Shown here one piece after another: positions 53,770 to 63,680 of a stretch of DNA of 64,000 bases. Origin of the DNA: an uncultured Chloroflexia bacterium. GTDB taxonomy: Bacteria; Chloroflexota; Anaerolineae; B4-G1; SLSP01. The notes below the pieces were generated by a model. It worked only from the letters and a program-made list of their open reading frames with translations. It was not told the DNA's origin and searched no databases. The position numbers and the translations under genes were made by a program. Numbering within the stretch: the stretch's first letter is position 1; each line of letters begins with the position of its first letter. The stretch covers positions 1 to 64,000 of the forward strand of contig CAVVUS010000010.1 of assembly GCA_963751345.1 (NCBI GenBank), in the 5' to 3' direction.

Positions 53770-54248
53770 TTACCTCAGGTACGTCAATAAGTGCGACAGC
53801 GCCGCAGTCGCGGCGCTGTCGTTGTTCTCCTGTCGGTCACCCGTAAAGTGATGCCGCCATGCCCAGCACTCGCCTGGGACGGCCAGCCCGATGTAATAGA
53901 GCCCCAAGGGCTTGTGAATCGTGGCGCCTGTTGGGCCGGCGATTCCCGTGATGCTCATCGCGACTTCGGTGCCTGCAGCCTGGCAGGCCCCGCGGGCCAT
54001 CTCCAGGGCCACCTGTGCGCTGACGGCGCCCCAACGGCCGAGACTCTCCTCCCGAACGCCCAGGAGACCCACCTTGACCTCGTTGGCATAGGCGATGACG
54101 CCGCCCTGGAAATATGCCGAGCTACCCGGCTCTGACGTGATCAGGTGCCCAAGCAGCCCGCCGGTTGCAGACTCCGCCACAGCGAGTCGCCACCTACGTG
54201 CCAGCAGGCGTGGATGCGATTTGCTTGACGAGCATCCGGTCCTCTCAT
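53770..54248 (-). CDS. pncC: nicotinamide-mononucleotide deamidase (CinA C-terminal domain); frameshift near 54210
   Basis: 'AVAESATGG', 'PGSSAYF', 'GAVS', 'SITGIAGP'. Confidence 0.85.
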
Positions 54249-54251
54249 TCT

Positions 54252-56332
54252 CTAGGCAGATAGCTGATTGCGCACCATCGTGACAAGCGAGTTGGCTCGC
54301 AGCGAGGCCAGGTTGTAGCACGTACCGCCCAGATGATCGGCCAGAGCCTGGGCCAAACCCTTGTCATAGTCCACGCTCTCCATGTTGATGACGATCGACC
54401 TGATCTTCTCTTCCTGGATCTGTTCGGCGATGTGATAGGCCTCAACCTGGGGGGGCAGGTCGCCCATCGAGACGTTGCCTGCTCCATCTGTCAGAATGAC
54501 GAGGAGCGGAACGAGTTCGGGGTAGTGGCGAATCTCCTTGTCAATCGTATGGTGAGCCAACCACAGACCCGCCGCAAGTGGGGTCTTCCCGCCGACCGGC
54601 AGGTTCGTGAGCATCCGCTTCGCGAGATCGACGCTGTTGGTGGGCGGCAGCACGAGCGTGGCGCGGTCCTTCTGAAAGACGACCATCCCCACGCGGTCCC
54701 GACGTTGGTAAGCGTCCGTGAGCAGCGACAGGATCGCTCCCTTGGTTGCCTCCATTCGCTCGGAGACTGCCATCGACCACGACGCATCGACGATGAAGAT
54801 GATCAGATTCGCTGAGCGGCGCACCCGGACTTTCTTCTGATAGTCACCGGGGCGAAGCAAGAGTGCACGTTCCTCCGGGTCGTCGCACGCGCGGGCGATT
54901 TGGAAGGGGGCTGCGGCTCGCAAGGTGGCGTCAAACGCCAAATCCGACGCATCGCTCGGAGAGGATTCGAAGCCAGAATACCTGCCGCGCTTCCGTGTCG
55001 TACGGGTGCGGCTGCGCCGCCCGCCCGTGGAACGCACCATGCGATCCTGCGGGGTCTCGAACCTGCGTGGCTGAAAGATCTCACCAGGGTCGATAAACTT
55101 GCCGCCTTCCCACCACTTGCCATCGGTGGGCCATTCGGGGACGTCTTGCTCGAAGGGTTCCGGTTGAGCCGAGTCTGAGGCCTGCGCCTCTGCGTCACTC
55201 GGCTCAACCTCTAGGCTTTTTTTTCTCGGCCCTCCCCTGAGACATCTCCCTCATAGGTCGTTTCCCGGTTTTTGGGCTGGGATTCCTCTGCGCGTTCCCT
55301 GGAAGCAGCGACCATCTTGTCCAGTTGCTCGATCGAGGTCTGCACTTCGTCGAAGGGTCTCCGTTTGAGCCGGTGCGGTAGGGCCAGCTCTGCGGCCAGA
55401 AGGATATCCCTGTCTGTGACGTAACGGCGGTCTTCCCATGCTGCGTGTGCGACTGCGGTCTTGAGAATGACGAGATCGCCCCGATGACCGTCCACCCCGA
55501 GGCCCGCCATCATCTCGGCAATGGTGGCCATGTCGGCCCGCGTGTAGCGTACCTCAGGAAGAAGATGCCGGGCCACCTCTATGCGTTCAGCGAGTGAGGC
55601 TTCCTGTGGGGCCCATTCCTCGTAGAAGGCCTGTCCGTACTGCTCATAGGTCAGATTTCTCTCCATGATCGCCATACGAGCGCGTGCATCGTGAACCCCC
55701 GTCACGTCCACACACAGGGCGAAGCGATCGAGGAGTTGTGGCCGCAGGTCGCCCTCTTCCGGATTCATCGTTCCGACGAGGATGAAGCGCGCCGGGTGCT
55801 GGAAGGAGATTCCCTCCCGCTCGACATTGTTCACACCCATCGCGGCAGCGTCCAACAGAACGTCCACGATATGGTCATCCAAGAGGTTTACCTCGTCGAC
55901 GTAGAGAATGCCGCGATTCGCCGCTGCGAGGACACCCGGTTCGAAACGCCGCTCGCCTTTTTGGATAGCTCGTTCGATGTCCAGCGTGCCGACAACCCGA
56001 TCCTCGGTCGCGCCGATCGGCAGTTCGACAAACGGGACCTGTCTCGTCGCCGCCGGGAGGGTTTCGCCTTGCTGAACTCGGGTCCGGCAGTTCGTGCACC
56101 AGGTGGCTGGTTGATCGGGATCGCAGTTGAACGCGCCATCCGCCACGACCTTGATCTCGGGCAGCAGAGCTGCGAGACCACGGGCAGCCGTAGACTTCGC
56201 TGTGCCGCGCTCACCTCGGATCAGCACGCCGCCGATACGGAAGTTGATCGCATTGAGGATGAGCGCGCGCTTCATCCTCTCCTGATTGACAATTGCTGTG
56301 AAGGGAAAGACTAATCGTTCGTGGTCGGCCAC
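54252..56332 (-). CDS. ChlD/BchD-like chelatase subunit (AAA+ plus vWA, ~690 aa) expressed via -1 frameshift at 55217-55224
   Basis: -1 frame is open from the A8 run through an acidic/Pro linker into the vWA ('VDASWSM', 'GGKTPL', 'LTDG'). Confidence 0.8.
55162..55237 (-). other. -1 programmed ribosomal frameshift cassette
   Basis: GGGGAGGG, then A_AAA_AAA, GCC TAG, then a 13-bp stem GGTTGAGCCGAGT/ACTCGGCTCAACC starting 7 nt after the A-run. Confidence 0.8.
55211..56332 (-). CDS. ChlI/BchI-like AAA+ chelatase ATPase subunit (373 aa, zero-frame product)
   Basis: 'FPFTAIVNQE', 'GERGTAKS', 'YVDEVNLL', 'NPEEGDLRPQLLDRF'; ends EKKA*. Confidence 0.9.
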   Translation of the reverse strand: MADHERLVFPFTAIVNQERMKRALILNAINFRIGGVLIRGERGTAKSTAARGLAALLPEIKVVADGAFNCDPDQPATWCTNCRTRVQQGETLPAATRQVPFVELPIGATEDRVVGTLDIERAIQKGERRFEPGVLAAANRGILYVDEVNLLDDHIVDVLLDAAAMGVNNVEREGISFQHPARFILVGTMNPEEGDLRPQLLDRFALCVDVTGVHDARARMAIMERNLTYEQYGQAFYEEWAPQEASLAERIEVARHLLPEVRYTRADMATIAEMMAGLGVDGHRGDLVILKTAVAHAAWEDRRYVTDRDILLAAELALPHRLKRRPFDEVQTSIEQLDKMVAASRERAEESQPKNRETTYEGDVSGEGREKKA

Positions 56333-56681
56333 ATATCCTCCTTGCTACGACGCCGAAGCCGACATACTGCGCATCTGAGCTGCGTCAGGCGCGACATGCC
56401 TCGGCCCTGAATGAACCGTCTGTCGGAGTAAGCTGTTATCAGTGCGAGAGGGATGTAGCCATACCGCTGTCTGATGGCTCGGTAGGGGTTCATAAGTATC
56501 TTCTATAGTTCTTTCATAAAGTCCCGGGTAGATTATACCACCTCACCCTCTCTTTCCCACCGTCGGCCCGATTTCGTTCCTTTTTCAGCCTCCCGATTGT
56601 CACTATAATGTGGCTGAGTCCCATCTCATTAGGCAAAGCGTCGGGCACGGGTGCTCGACCGAATGATACGGAGGATCTTCC

Positions 56682-58373
56682 ATGGGTGACGAAAAATACG
56701 CAATTGGCGTGGATTATGGCACGGAGTCCGGGCGTGCCGTCTTGGTGGATGTAGCGGATGGAAGCATTGTTGCTATGGCCGTGCACGCCTATGCCAACGG
56801 CGTGATAGATGAGGTGCTGCCCGGTACCGATATCCACCTGGAGCCCGATTGGGCACTTCAGGATCCCAATGACTATCTGGAGGTGCTCAAGCGGACGATC
56901 CCGGCCGTGCTGGAGGAGAGCGGTGTAGATCCGGCCGACGTGATCGGTCTGGGCGTAGACTTCACCGCCTGCACGGTGGTCGCCACCAAGGCGGATGGCA
57001 CACCGCTTTGTTTCCTGCCCGAGTGGCGAAATCATCCTCATGCCTGGGTCAAGCTATGGAAGCACCACGCCGCGCAACCCGAGGCCAACAAACTCAATGA
57101 GGTCGCCCGCGACCTGCACCAGCCCTGGCTGGCTCGCTACGGCGGCAAGATCAGTTCCGAGTGGTTTTTCCCAAAGGTGTGGCAGACGCTTGACGAAGCC
57201 CCCGAGATCTACGCGGCCGCGGACCGCTTCATTGAGGGTGCCGACTGGATCGTGTGGCAGATGACGGGAACGGAGACGCGTAACAACTGCACGGCGGGCT
57301 ACAAGGCCATCTGGTCAAAGAGCGATGGCTTCCCCTCCAACGCATTCCTCAAGGCGCTCGATCCACGCCTGGAAAATGTGGTGGACGAAAAGATGTCCCG
57401 CGATATCCGGTTCCTGGGGAGCAAAGCCGGCGGTCTGACGGAAACCGTGGCCCAGTGGACCGGCCTCAAGCCGGGCACCGCAGTTGCCGTGGCCAACGTC
57501 GACGCGCACGTCTCTGCGCCTGCGGCGACGGTGACCAAGCCGGGCACGATGGTCATCATTATGGGCACCTCCAATTGCCACTTGATCCTCAGCAAGGAGG
57601 AGCACGCGGTTCCGGGTATGTGCGGTTACGTGGACGGGGGTATCATTCCCGGCTACTTCGGCTATGAGGCCGGCCAATCTTGTGTGGGTGATCATTTCGC
57701 CTGGTTTGTCGAGAACTGTGTGCCCGCGTCCTACCAGCGTGAGGCAGCGGACAAGGCCGTCACGATTCACGAGCTATTGGAGTCCAAGGCGGCGCTTCAA
57801 GAGCCGGGGGAGCATGGTCTTGTGGCCCTCGATTGGTGGAACGGCAACCGCAGTGTGCTGGTCGACGTCGATCTGACCGGCTTGCTGGTGGGGGCGACGT
57901 TGGCGACCAAGCCCGAGGATATCTACCGCGCGCTGATCGAGGCCACTGCCTATGGCACCCGCATGATCGTGGAGACCTTCGAGAAGAGCGGCGTCTCTGT
58001 CGACGAGATCGTTGCCACCGGGGGGCTGCCCGATCGAAACAAGCTGTTGATGCAGATCTACGCTGACGTCACGGGTCGCGAGATCAAGATCGCCGCCGCC
58101 ACCCAGACGCCGGCCCTGGGCTCGGCGATGTTTGGCGCCGTGGCTGCCGGCAAAGCTGCCGGTGGTTACGACACCATCGAGGAGGCCAGCGTCGCGATGT
58201 CGCGCTTGCGCGATGAGGCCTATACGCCGATCCCGGCCCACACCGAGGTCTACAACGAACTCTACGCAGAATACGTTACCCTTCACGACTACTTCGGCCG
58301 TGGTGCCAACGACGTGATGAAACGTCTCAAGGCGCTGCGCCTCGGTTCTCGTCGCGCCGGCCCGCAGGTGTAA
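56682..58373 (+). CDS. araB: ribulokinase
   Basis: '[11 protein letters not shown]', '[10 protein letters not shown]', 'YGGKISSEW', 'YEAGQS', 'LDWWNGNRS'. Confidence 0.93.
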   Translation: MGDEKYAIGVDYGTESGRAVLVDVADGSIVAMAVHAYANGVIDEVLPGTDIHLEPDWALQDPNDYLEVLKRTIPAVLEESGVDPADVIGLGVDFTACTVVATKADGTPLCFLPEWRNHPHAWVKLWKHHAAQPEANKLNEVARDLHQPWLARYGGKISSEWFFPKVWQTLDEAPEIYAAADRFIEGADWIVWQMTGTETRNNCTAGYKAIWSKSDGFPSNAFLKALDPRLENVVDEKMSRDIRFLGSKAGGLTETVAQWTGLKPGTAVAVANVDAHVSAPAATVTKPGTMVIIMGTSNCHLILSKEEHAVPGMCGYVDGGIIPGYFGYEAGQSCVGDHFAWFVENCVPASYQREAADKAVTIHELLESKAALQEPGEHGLVALDWWNGNRSVLVDVDLTGLLVGATLATKPEDIYRALIEATAYGTRMIVETFEKSGVSVDEIVATGGLPDRNKLLMQIYADVTGREIKIAAATQTPALGSAMFGAVAAGKAAGGYDTIEEASVAMSRLRDEAYTPIPAHTEVYNELYAEYVTLHDYFGRGANDVMKRLKALRLGSRRAGPQV

Positions 58374-58380
58374 GAGGTAG

Positions 58381-59025
58381 ATGATGCTGGAGGCCTTACG
58401 CGAAGAACTCTGGACGTTACATCAGGAACTGCCCAAGAACTTGCTGGTGAAGTGGACCGGGGGCAACGTCAGCGCCCGGGACCCGGAGACGGGCTACGTG
58501 GTGATCAAGCCCTCTGGCCTGCGCTATGAGTCGCTTCGCCCCGAGGATATGGTCGTCCTGGATGTCGATGGGACGCCGATCGAAGGTGAGTTGAAACCGT
58601 CGTCGGACGTGGCGAGCCACCTCTACATCTACCGTCACCGATCTGACGTCGGCGGGATCGTCCACACGCATTCGCCCTATGCCACGGCCTTCGCAGCGGT
58701 GGGCAGACCCATCCCCGTTGTCCTGACGGCGATGGCGGATGAGTTCGGTGGCCCGATACCGTGTGGTGGGTTCGCCCTGATCGGCAGCGAGGCGATCGGC
58801 AAGGTGGTGCTGGAGTCGATCGGCACGTCGTGCGCGGTGTTGTTGAAGAACCACGGTGTCTTCACCATCGGCGCAGACGCCGAGGCTGCCGTGAAGGCTG
58901 CGGTCATGACCGAGGATGTCGCCAAGACCGTCTGGCTGGCGCTCCAGATCGGTCAGCCGGAGGAGATCCCGGCCGAGGATGTCGCCAAGCTGCACGACCG
59001 GTACACGAACGTCTACGGGCAGTGA
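58381..59025 (+). CDS. araD: L-ribulose-5-phosphate 4-epimerase
   Basis: 'WTGGNVS', 'IKPSG', 'PSSD', 'VHTHS', 'NHG', C-terminal 'YGQ'. Confidence 0.9.
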   Translation: MMLEALREELWTLHQELPKNLLVKWTGGNVSARDPETGYVVIKPSGLRYESLRPEDMVVLDVDGTPIEGELKPSSDVASHLYIYRHRSDVGGIVHTHSPYATAFAAVGRPIPVVLTAMADEFGGPIPCGGFALIGSEAIGKVVLESIGTSCAVLLKNHGVFTIGADAEAAVKAAVMTEDVAKTVWLALQIGQPEEIPAEDVAKLHDRYTNVYGQ

Positions 59026-59185
59026 GGGAAAGGGCGACGAGTGACGATTGGCGGGTGACCGGAAGCCGGTGATCTGCGTGAAGCGGTGGTTTGCTCCTTG
59101 CTGATCACTCTTCTTCCGATCAATTGTCACCTGTCACTCGTCGCCCGTCACGTCTCCACGCCAGCTTCTCACATTTGGAGCCACT

Positions 59186-61227
59186 ATGTCCGATCTTCGC
59201 GTCGAAATGCTCGTCATACCCGCAGCCGATCTCGGACCGGAGAATCCGCTGCCGCCGCTCAACGCCGGTCGAGACCTGCATGCGATCGACGAACCCGATT
59301 CCGGGCATCCCGGCGGACATGCTGCAGAACATGGCGTATGGCCGCGTCCCCAACATCCTGCCCTACACGCATGCAGGATAGCTACACCCGGACGCGTGGT
59401 GCGCGTGAGTTCCGTGTGGCGGTCCTGGAGAACGAAATCCTGCGCGCGACGTTTCTTCTGGAGTACGGTGGGCGTCTATGGTCGTTGTTTCACAAGCCTG
59501 CCGGACGCGAGTTGCTGGACAGAAATCCGGTCTTTCAGCCCGCGAACCTGGCGCTGCGCAACGCGTGGTTTAGCGGCGGTGTCGAGTGGAATATCGGCAC
59601 CACCGGGCATTGTCCGTTCACATGTTCGCCGCTCTTCGCCGCGCGCGTCGAGGGCCCGGAGGGGCTCCCTATCCTCCGCCTCTATGAATGGGAACGCCTC
59701 CGCCAGGTCCCTTTCCAGATCGATGCGTACCTTCCTGATGGTTCACCCGTCCTCTTCATCAGCGTTCGCATCGTGAACCCCCACGCTGCGACGGTGCCGA
59801 TGTATTGGTGGTCCAACATCGCCGTCCCCGAGACGCCGGAGACCCGCGTTCTTGTACCTGCTGCGTCGGCCTACAGCTTCGGCTATGGTGGTCGTGGGTT
59901 GGCCCGCGTGCCCGTCCCCGACGTGGACGGTGTGGATGTCAGCTATCCCACGAACATCGGGCGGGCGGCCGATTTCTTCTTTCACATCGATGACGGCCAG
60001 AGGCCGTGGATTACGGCACTCGATGCCGGGGGCCGAGGGCTTATCCAGGCCTCCACCCCGCGGTTGAGGGGCCGCAAGCTGTTCCTCTGGGGCACGGGCG
60101 AGGGTGGACGGCGTTGGCAGACGTTCCTCGCGGAGCCGGGGCACGCCTATATCGAGATACAGGCGGGTCTGGCTCGGACCCAGTTGGAGCACCTGCCGAT
60201 GCCCGCCCGGGCCGAATGGACCTGGGTCGAGGCCTACGGATTGATGGAGGCCGATCCCGAGGTGGTGCACGGACCCGACTGGACGCAGGCTGTGGCAGAG
60301 GTGGGGGCCCGGCTCGAGACGTTGGTCACGATGCCGAAACTGGAGGCCGAGTTGGCCAGGTGCCGCCAATGGCGCGACGCACCGCCCACGGACCTGCTCC
60401 AACGGGGATCTGGTTGGGGAGCCCTGGAACGTCTACGACGCCAGGCCGCCGGCGAGCCCCCCTTCTCAGGTCCGGGCCTTGTCTTTGATGACGCCTCTCT
60501 CACCGATGCCCAGACGCCTTGGCTCGAGCTGCTGCAGAGTGGAACCTTCCCGGATGCCGATCCCACCGCCGAGCCTCTGGGCTACATCATCCGGGAGTCC
60601 TGGCGTGAGATGCTGGAAAAAGCTCTCCGGACGGGCGGCGACAACTGGCTGGCGTGGCTGCATCTTGGCGTCATGGCCTACGCCGCCTCCGAGCCCGAGC
60701 GGGCGCCAGCAGCCTGGCGGGCACAGGAAGCGTGGCGACGTTCGATGTCTGCGAGGCGCAACCCGTGGGCTGCCCGAAACCTTGCTCTCACGGCGTGGGA
60801 AGAGCACCGGTTCGATGATGCGACGCAGCTCTACGTGCAGGCAATGGAGATGGCACCTTCACTGCTACCGCTGGCGATCGAGTGTGGGCAGCGGCTGATT
60901 GCGATGGGCCGGTCCTCGACCTGGCTGGAGCTACTGCCAAACCTTCCCGCCTCGGTCAGGGCGGCGGGACGCATGCGTCTCCTGGAGGGTCAGGCGGCCC
61001 TGAACGTTGGAGACCTGGCTCGTGTCGCGCCGCTTTTCGACGGGGGCCTCGTTGTAGAAGATCTGCGGGAGGGCGAGCGGTCGCTCTCTGACCTCTGGTT
61101 CGACTACCACATGCAGCGGCTAAGCCGGCTCGAAGGGATTCCCATAGACGAGGTGTTGAAGGCCCGGGTTTGGCGCGAGTACCCCCTTCCCTCCTTCCTC
61201 GACTTCCGCATGTCGCCCGCGTCCTGA
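59186..61227 (+). CDS. DUF5107 domain protein (early frameshifts)
   Basis: 'LENEILRATFL..YGGRLWSL', 'NAWFSGGVEWN', 'YWWSN', 'YIEIQAG'. Confidence 0.75.
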
Positions 61228-61310
61228 CGGAGCGTCAAGCTCCGGGGTCTCGGCCTGCAGCGGATGCGTCTGTGCCGGCGTGAGAAGGGACGCCATATGT
61301 GCCCTCCCTC

Positions 61311-62681
61311 CTATGGGCTCTGATACACCGTCCCCGCTCTCGCCTCCAGATCGATCGCGACCAGGTAGGGTGGTGCTGACCCCGCGGTGATTTCGATCAG
61401 CAGTTTGCTGCGACTTCCCTGGAGAGACAATATCGCGGGCTGGGCTGCTGCGTCGGGCCACCCCACGGAGTTCCAAAGGCTTTGCTCGCACCATACTTTG
61501 CCGATGGCCTGTGTAGGAACCATATATCCCGCCGGCGGGATGATGGGAGCACATGCGTCCATCCTATCCGGCATCGTCTCCGTCCATGTGTCTTCGTAAG
61601 CCCTGGCCTCTGCCCGGTACGTGGTCGGGTCCCTGCCGTCGAGCACGTAGATCGTCTTTGTGTTGCTGCGCACGACAACGAGGCCTCGGAAGCGAACGCG
61701 AGGGTCGGAACCGTCGATATCCTGCCAGTAGAACTGGACGAGGCCCGATTCCGTCGAGATGGGGCCCGTGACACATGGAAGGCCGATCCCCAGCGTGTTG
61801 GCTTGATAGACCAGAGGACCGAATCGAGGATCGATGTCTTGGCACGGTGCATTCAAGTCCGGGCTGGGAGTTGGTAAGGGTGTCGCAGCAGGTGTCGGCG
61901 TTACTGGAGCGGTAGGACTTGCGGCGGGAGGGGGCACCTCGGTCGGTGTCGACATCGGTGTCTCCGTCGGTGCGGGTGTCGCGGTGATCGTTGGGCTGGG
62001 AGTCGGGGGCACCGCGACGAGGGTCGCGGGCGGCGCAGCGTCCATGCTCACGATCACCTCGAGGTAGACCACGGCGCCAAAAAGATGCCCGCCGGCCATT
62101 TGTAGTCGCCAAAAACTCGCGTATTTGCCCGGGCGTGTAGGAGCCTCCAAATCGACGACAATGTCGACTTCGCCGCCCGGATCCGCCGGTGACACGGGGA
62201 CTTTGCTGGGTCCGGGAATCGTGTCACCGGAGATGTGAACCAGCTCTGTCCCCTCCGGCCAAGTACAGCTACCCGTGTTGCGTATTCTCCAGGTCTTGTG
62301 GAAGGGCGTGCTGGGAGGGATCGCGGCGCCGTCCGGCAAACCCAGATCTGCCACGAAACCGGCGTCGATCTCACCCGACGGACCTTCGCACACGGGGTAG
62401 TCCACCGCAGGGACCGTGTCCACCGGCGGCAGCGGCGTGTCCGATGGCGATGGTGTGGCGGTCGGCGTGACGTCACTTATTTCGTCAGGCAGCGGGGTCG
62501 CCGTAGGATTCCCGATGGATGGGGTCAGCGTGGCGGCTACGTCAGGTTCGGTGGCTGTTGGGGAGACCTCGTGCGTAAGCGCCGTGGGCGATGCGGTGCA
62601 TCCGCAAAGGGCCAGCACAATCAGCACCCACCATAGCCACCAACGATTCCTGGGCCGTGGGGTATGTATGTCTGTCTCCAT
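61311..62681 (-). CDS. lipoprotein with NBR1-type Ig-like domain and Pro/Thr-rich linkers
   Basis: Lipobox 'LCGC'; 'FHKTWRIRNTGSCTW', 'APTRPGKYASFWRL'. Confidence 0.75.
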   Translation of the reverse strand: METDIHTPRPRNRWWLWWVLIVLALCGCTASPTALTHEVSPTATEPDVAATLTPSIGNPTATPLPDEISDVTPTATPSPSDTPLPPVDTVPAVDYPVCEGPSGEIDAGFVADLGLPDGAAIPPSTPFHKTWRIRNTGSCTWPEGTELVHISGDTIPGPSKVPVSPADPGGEVDIVVDLEAPTRPGKYASFWRLQMAGGHLFGAVVYLEVIVSMDAAPPATLVAVPPTPSPTITATPAPTETPMSTPTEVPPPAASPTAPVTPTPAATPLPTPSPDLNAPCQDIDPRFGPLVYQANTLGIGLPCVTGPISTESGLVQFYWQDIDGSDPRVRFRGLVVVRSNTKTIYVLDGRDPTTYRAEARAYEDTWTETMPDRMDACAPIIPPAGYMVPTQAIGKVWCEQSLWNSVGWPDAAAQPAILSLQGSRSKLLIEITAGSAPPYLVAIDLEARAGTVYQSP

Positions 62682-62755
62682 AAAGAAGCTCTTGGACAGG
62701 TGCGACGGCATCAAGAGGACTTCATCCTTTAGTATACTCGCACCATGACCGTTGT

Positions 62756-62928
62756 CTAACCGCTGCTTGGCCAGGGCAATCGCACAGGACCTGCCGGGAA
62801 GCTGCATAGCGCCCTTCAGCGACTCTTTTTCCCGGGGTCGCAAGCGGTCCTACATCGTAATGCGCTTCGTCAGCTTCCCGGACAGGTTCTCGCACATCCA
62901 AATGCGATAGCCCTAACCGCTGCTTGGC
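62756..62928. repeat. nested inverted-repeat element flanked by 16-bp direct repeats (MITE-like)
   Basis: CTAACCGCTGCTTGGC at 62756 and 62913; IR pairs 62773-62784/62903-62914 and 62786-62804/62871-62890. Confidence 0.7.
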
Positions 62929-63320
62929 GCAAGGTGCAGGTCATTCCAGGAGCTAACTGGCCGTCCCAGGTGCCGGGCACCTAAGCCACGTGGTCCCCAG
63001 GCTAGAAGGCGCCGTGTGGGTGTCGAGCGGGCCCGACGCTTTGGCTAGAGGTAGCCAGGTGAATCGCACATTTGTTGCTGCTGTTGGGAGGAATTGCGGG
63101 AATTCGGATTCCGCCGGACCGGTGCTGCTGCGGAGGCACAGAGTGTACCGGATTGTAGGGCTTCACCCGTCCGAGGGGCGTACCCCGTCCGATGGGCGTC
63201 CCCGGCCGAGGGGCGCTCACGCCTCCACGGATCCACCAACGTCAGACGGGGACGCCGAAGCGCCCCCTGTCGGTTAGTCGCGGGCCGGGCCCGGCTTGGT
63301 GCGTTGAGGGGCAGAGGCAG

Positions 63321-63680
63321 CTATGCGCCGGACAGGGAGAGGTCGGACCTGGCCGGCTTACCGAGTCGTGGCGCGCCCACCGGCCTTGTTTCATCGTGGT
63401 TGTGGCTGACCAACAGCCAGATCAAAATGCCGCCCACGATGGAGATCAGCCCACCTCCCAGAAAGCCAAACAGCCGCAGCGTCTGGCTTGTGTTCCTCAG
63501 GCGGACTGCGTGCAGGCGCCCAGCCTCTGCAATCAGGTCCTGACTGAGTTGATTGATGAAGGACTGGGACGGTCCTTCACTCGGCATCACATAGACCACG
63601 GCGCGTGCTATGGCCTGCTGCTCTCCCACCGGGACATGGTCTTGCAGCACAACATACTTCTCACTGGATCTCCAGAACAT
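63321..63680 (-). CDS. small single-pass membrane protein, putative anti-sigma factor
   Basis: Overlaps the ECF sigma stop; one TM 'LFGFLGGGLISIVGGILIWLLV'. Confidence 0.55.
   Translation of the reverse strand: MFWRSSEKYVVLQDHVPVGEQQAIARAVVYVMPSEGPSQSFINQLSQDLIAEAGRLHAVRLRNTSQTLRLFGFLGGGLISIVGGILIWLLVSHNHDETRPVGAPRLGKPARSDLSLSGA

Noticed and set aside
54252-56332. Evidence for bacteriochlorophyll synthesis
   Set aside because: ChlI/D-like genes are common in non-phototrophs; no other bch or reaction-centre genes are present.
62756-62928. CRISPR array or SRP/6S RNA
   Set aside because: Only two 16-bp repeats with a 141-bp spacer and no cas genes; SRP domain IV motif absent; no clear 6S-type central bubble.
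63092-63102. AATTGCGGGAA resembles the group I intron P element
   Set aside because: No Q, R or S elements found; it is explained by a local hairpin and interrupts no gene.
63002-63220. 72-aa ORF downstream of the anti-sigma gene
   Set aside because: No recognisable motif, low-complexity composition, overlaps hairpins; cannot be supported as coding.
63170-63280. tRNA/tmRNA-like fragments (CGCCTCCA, CCACCA, GGGGGCG)
   Set aside because: No T-arm GTTCGA loop, no cloverleaf, and the fragments are on inconsistent strands.
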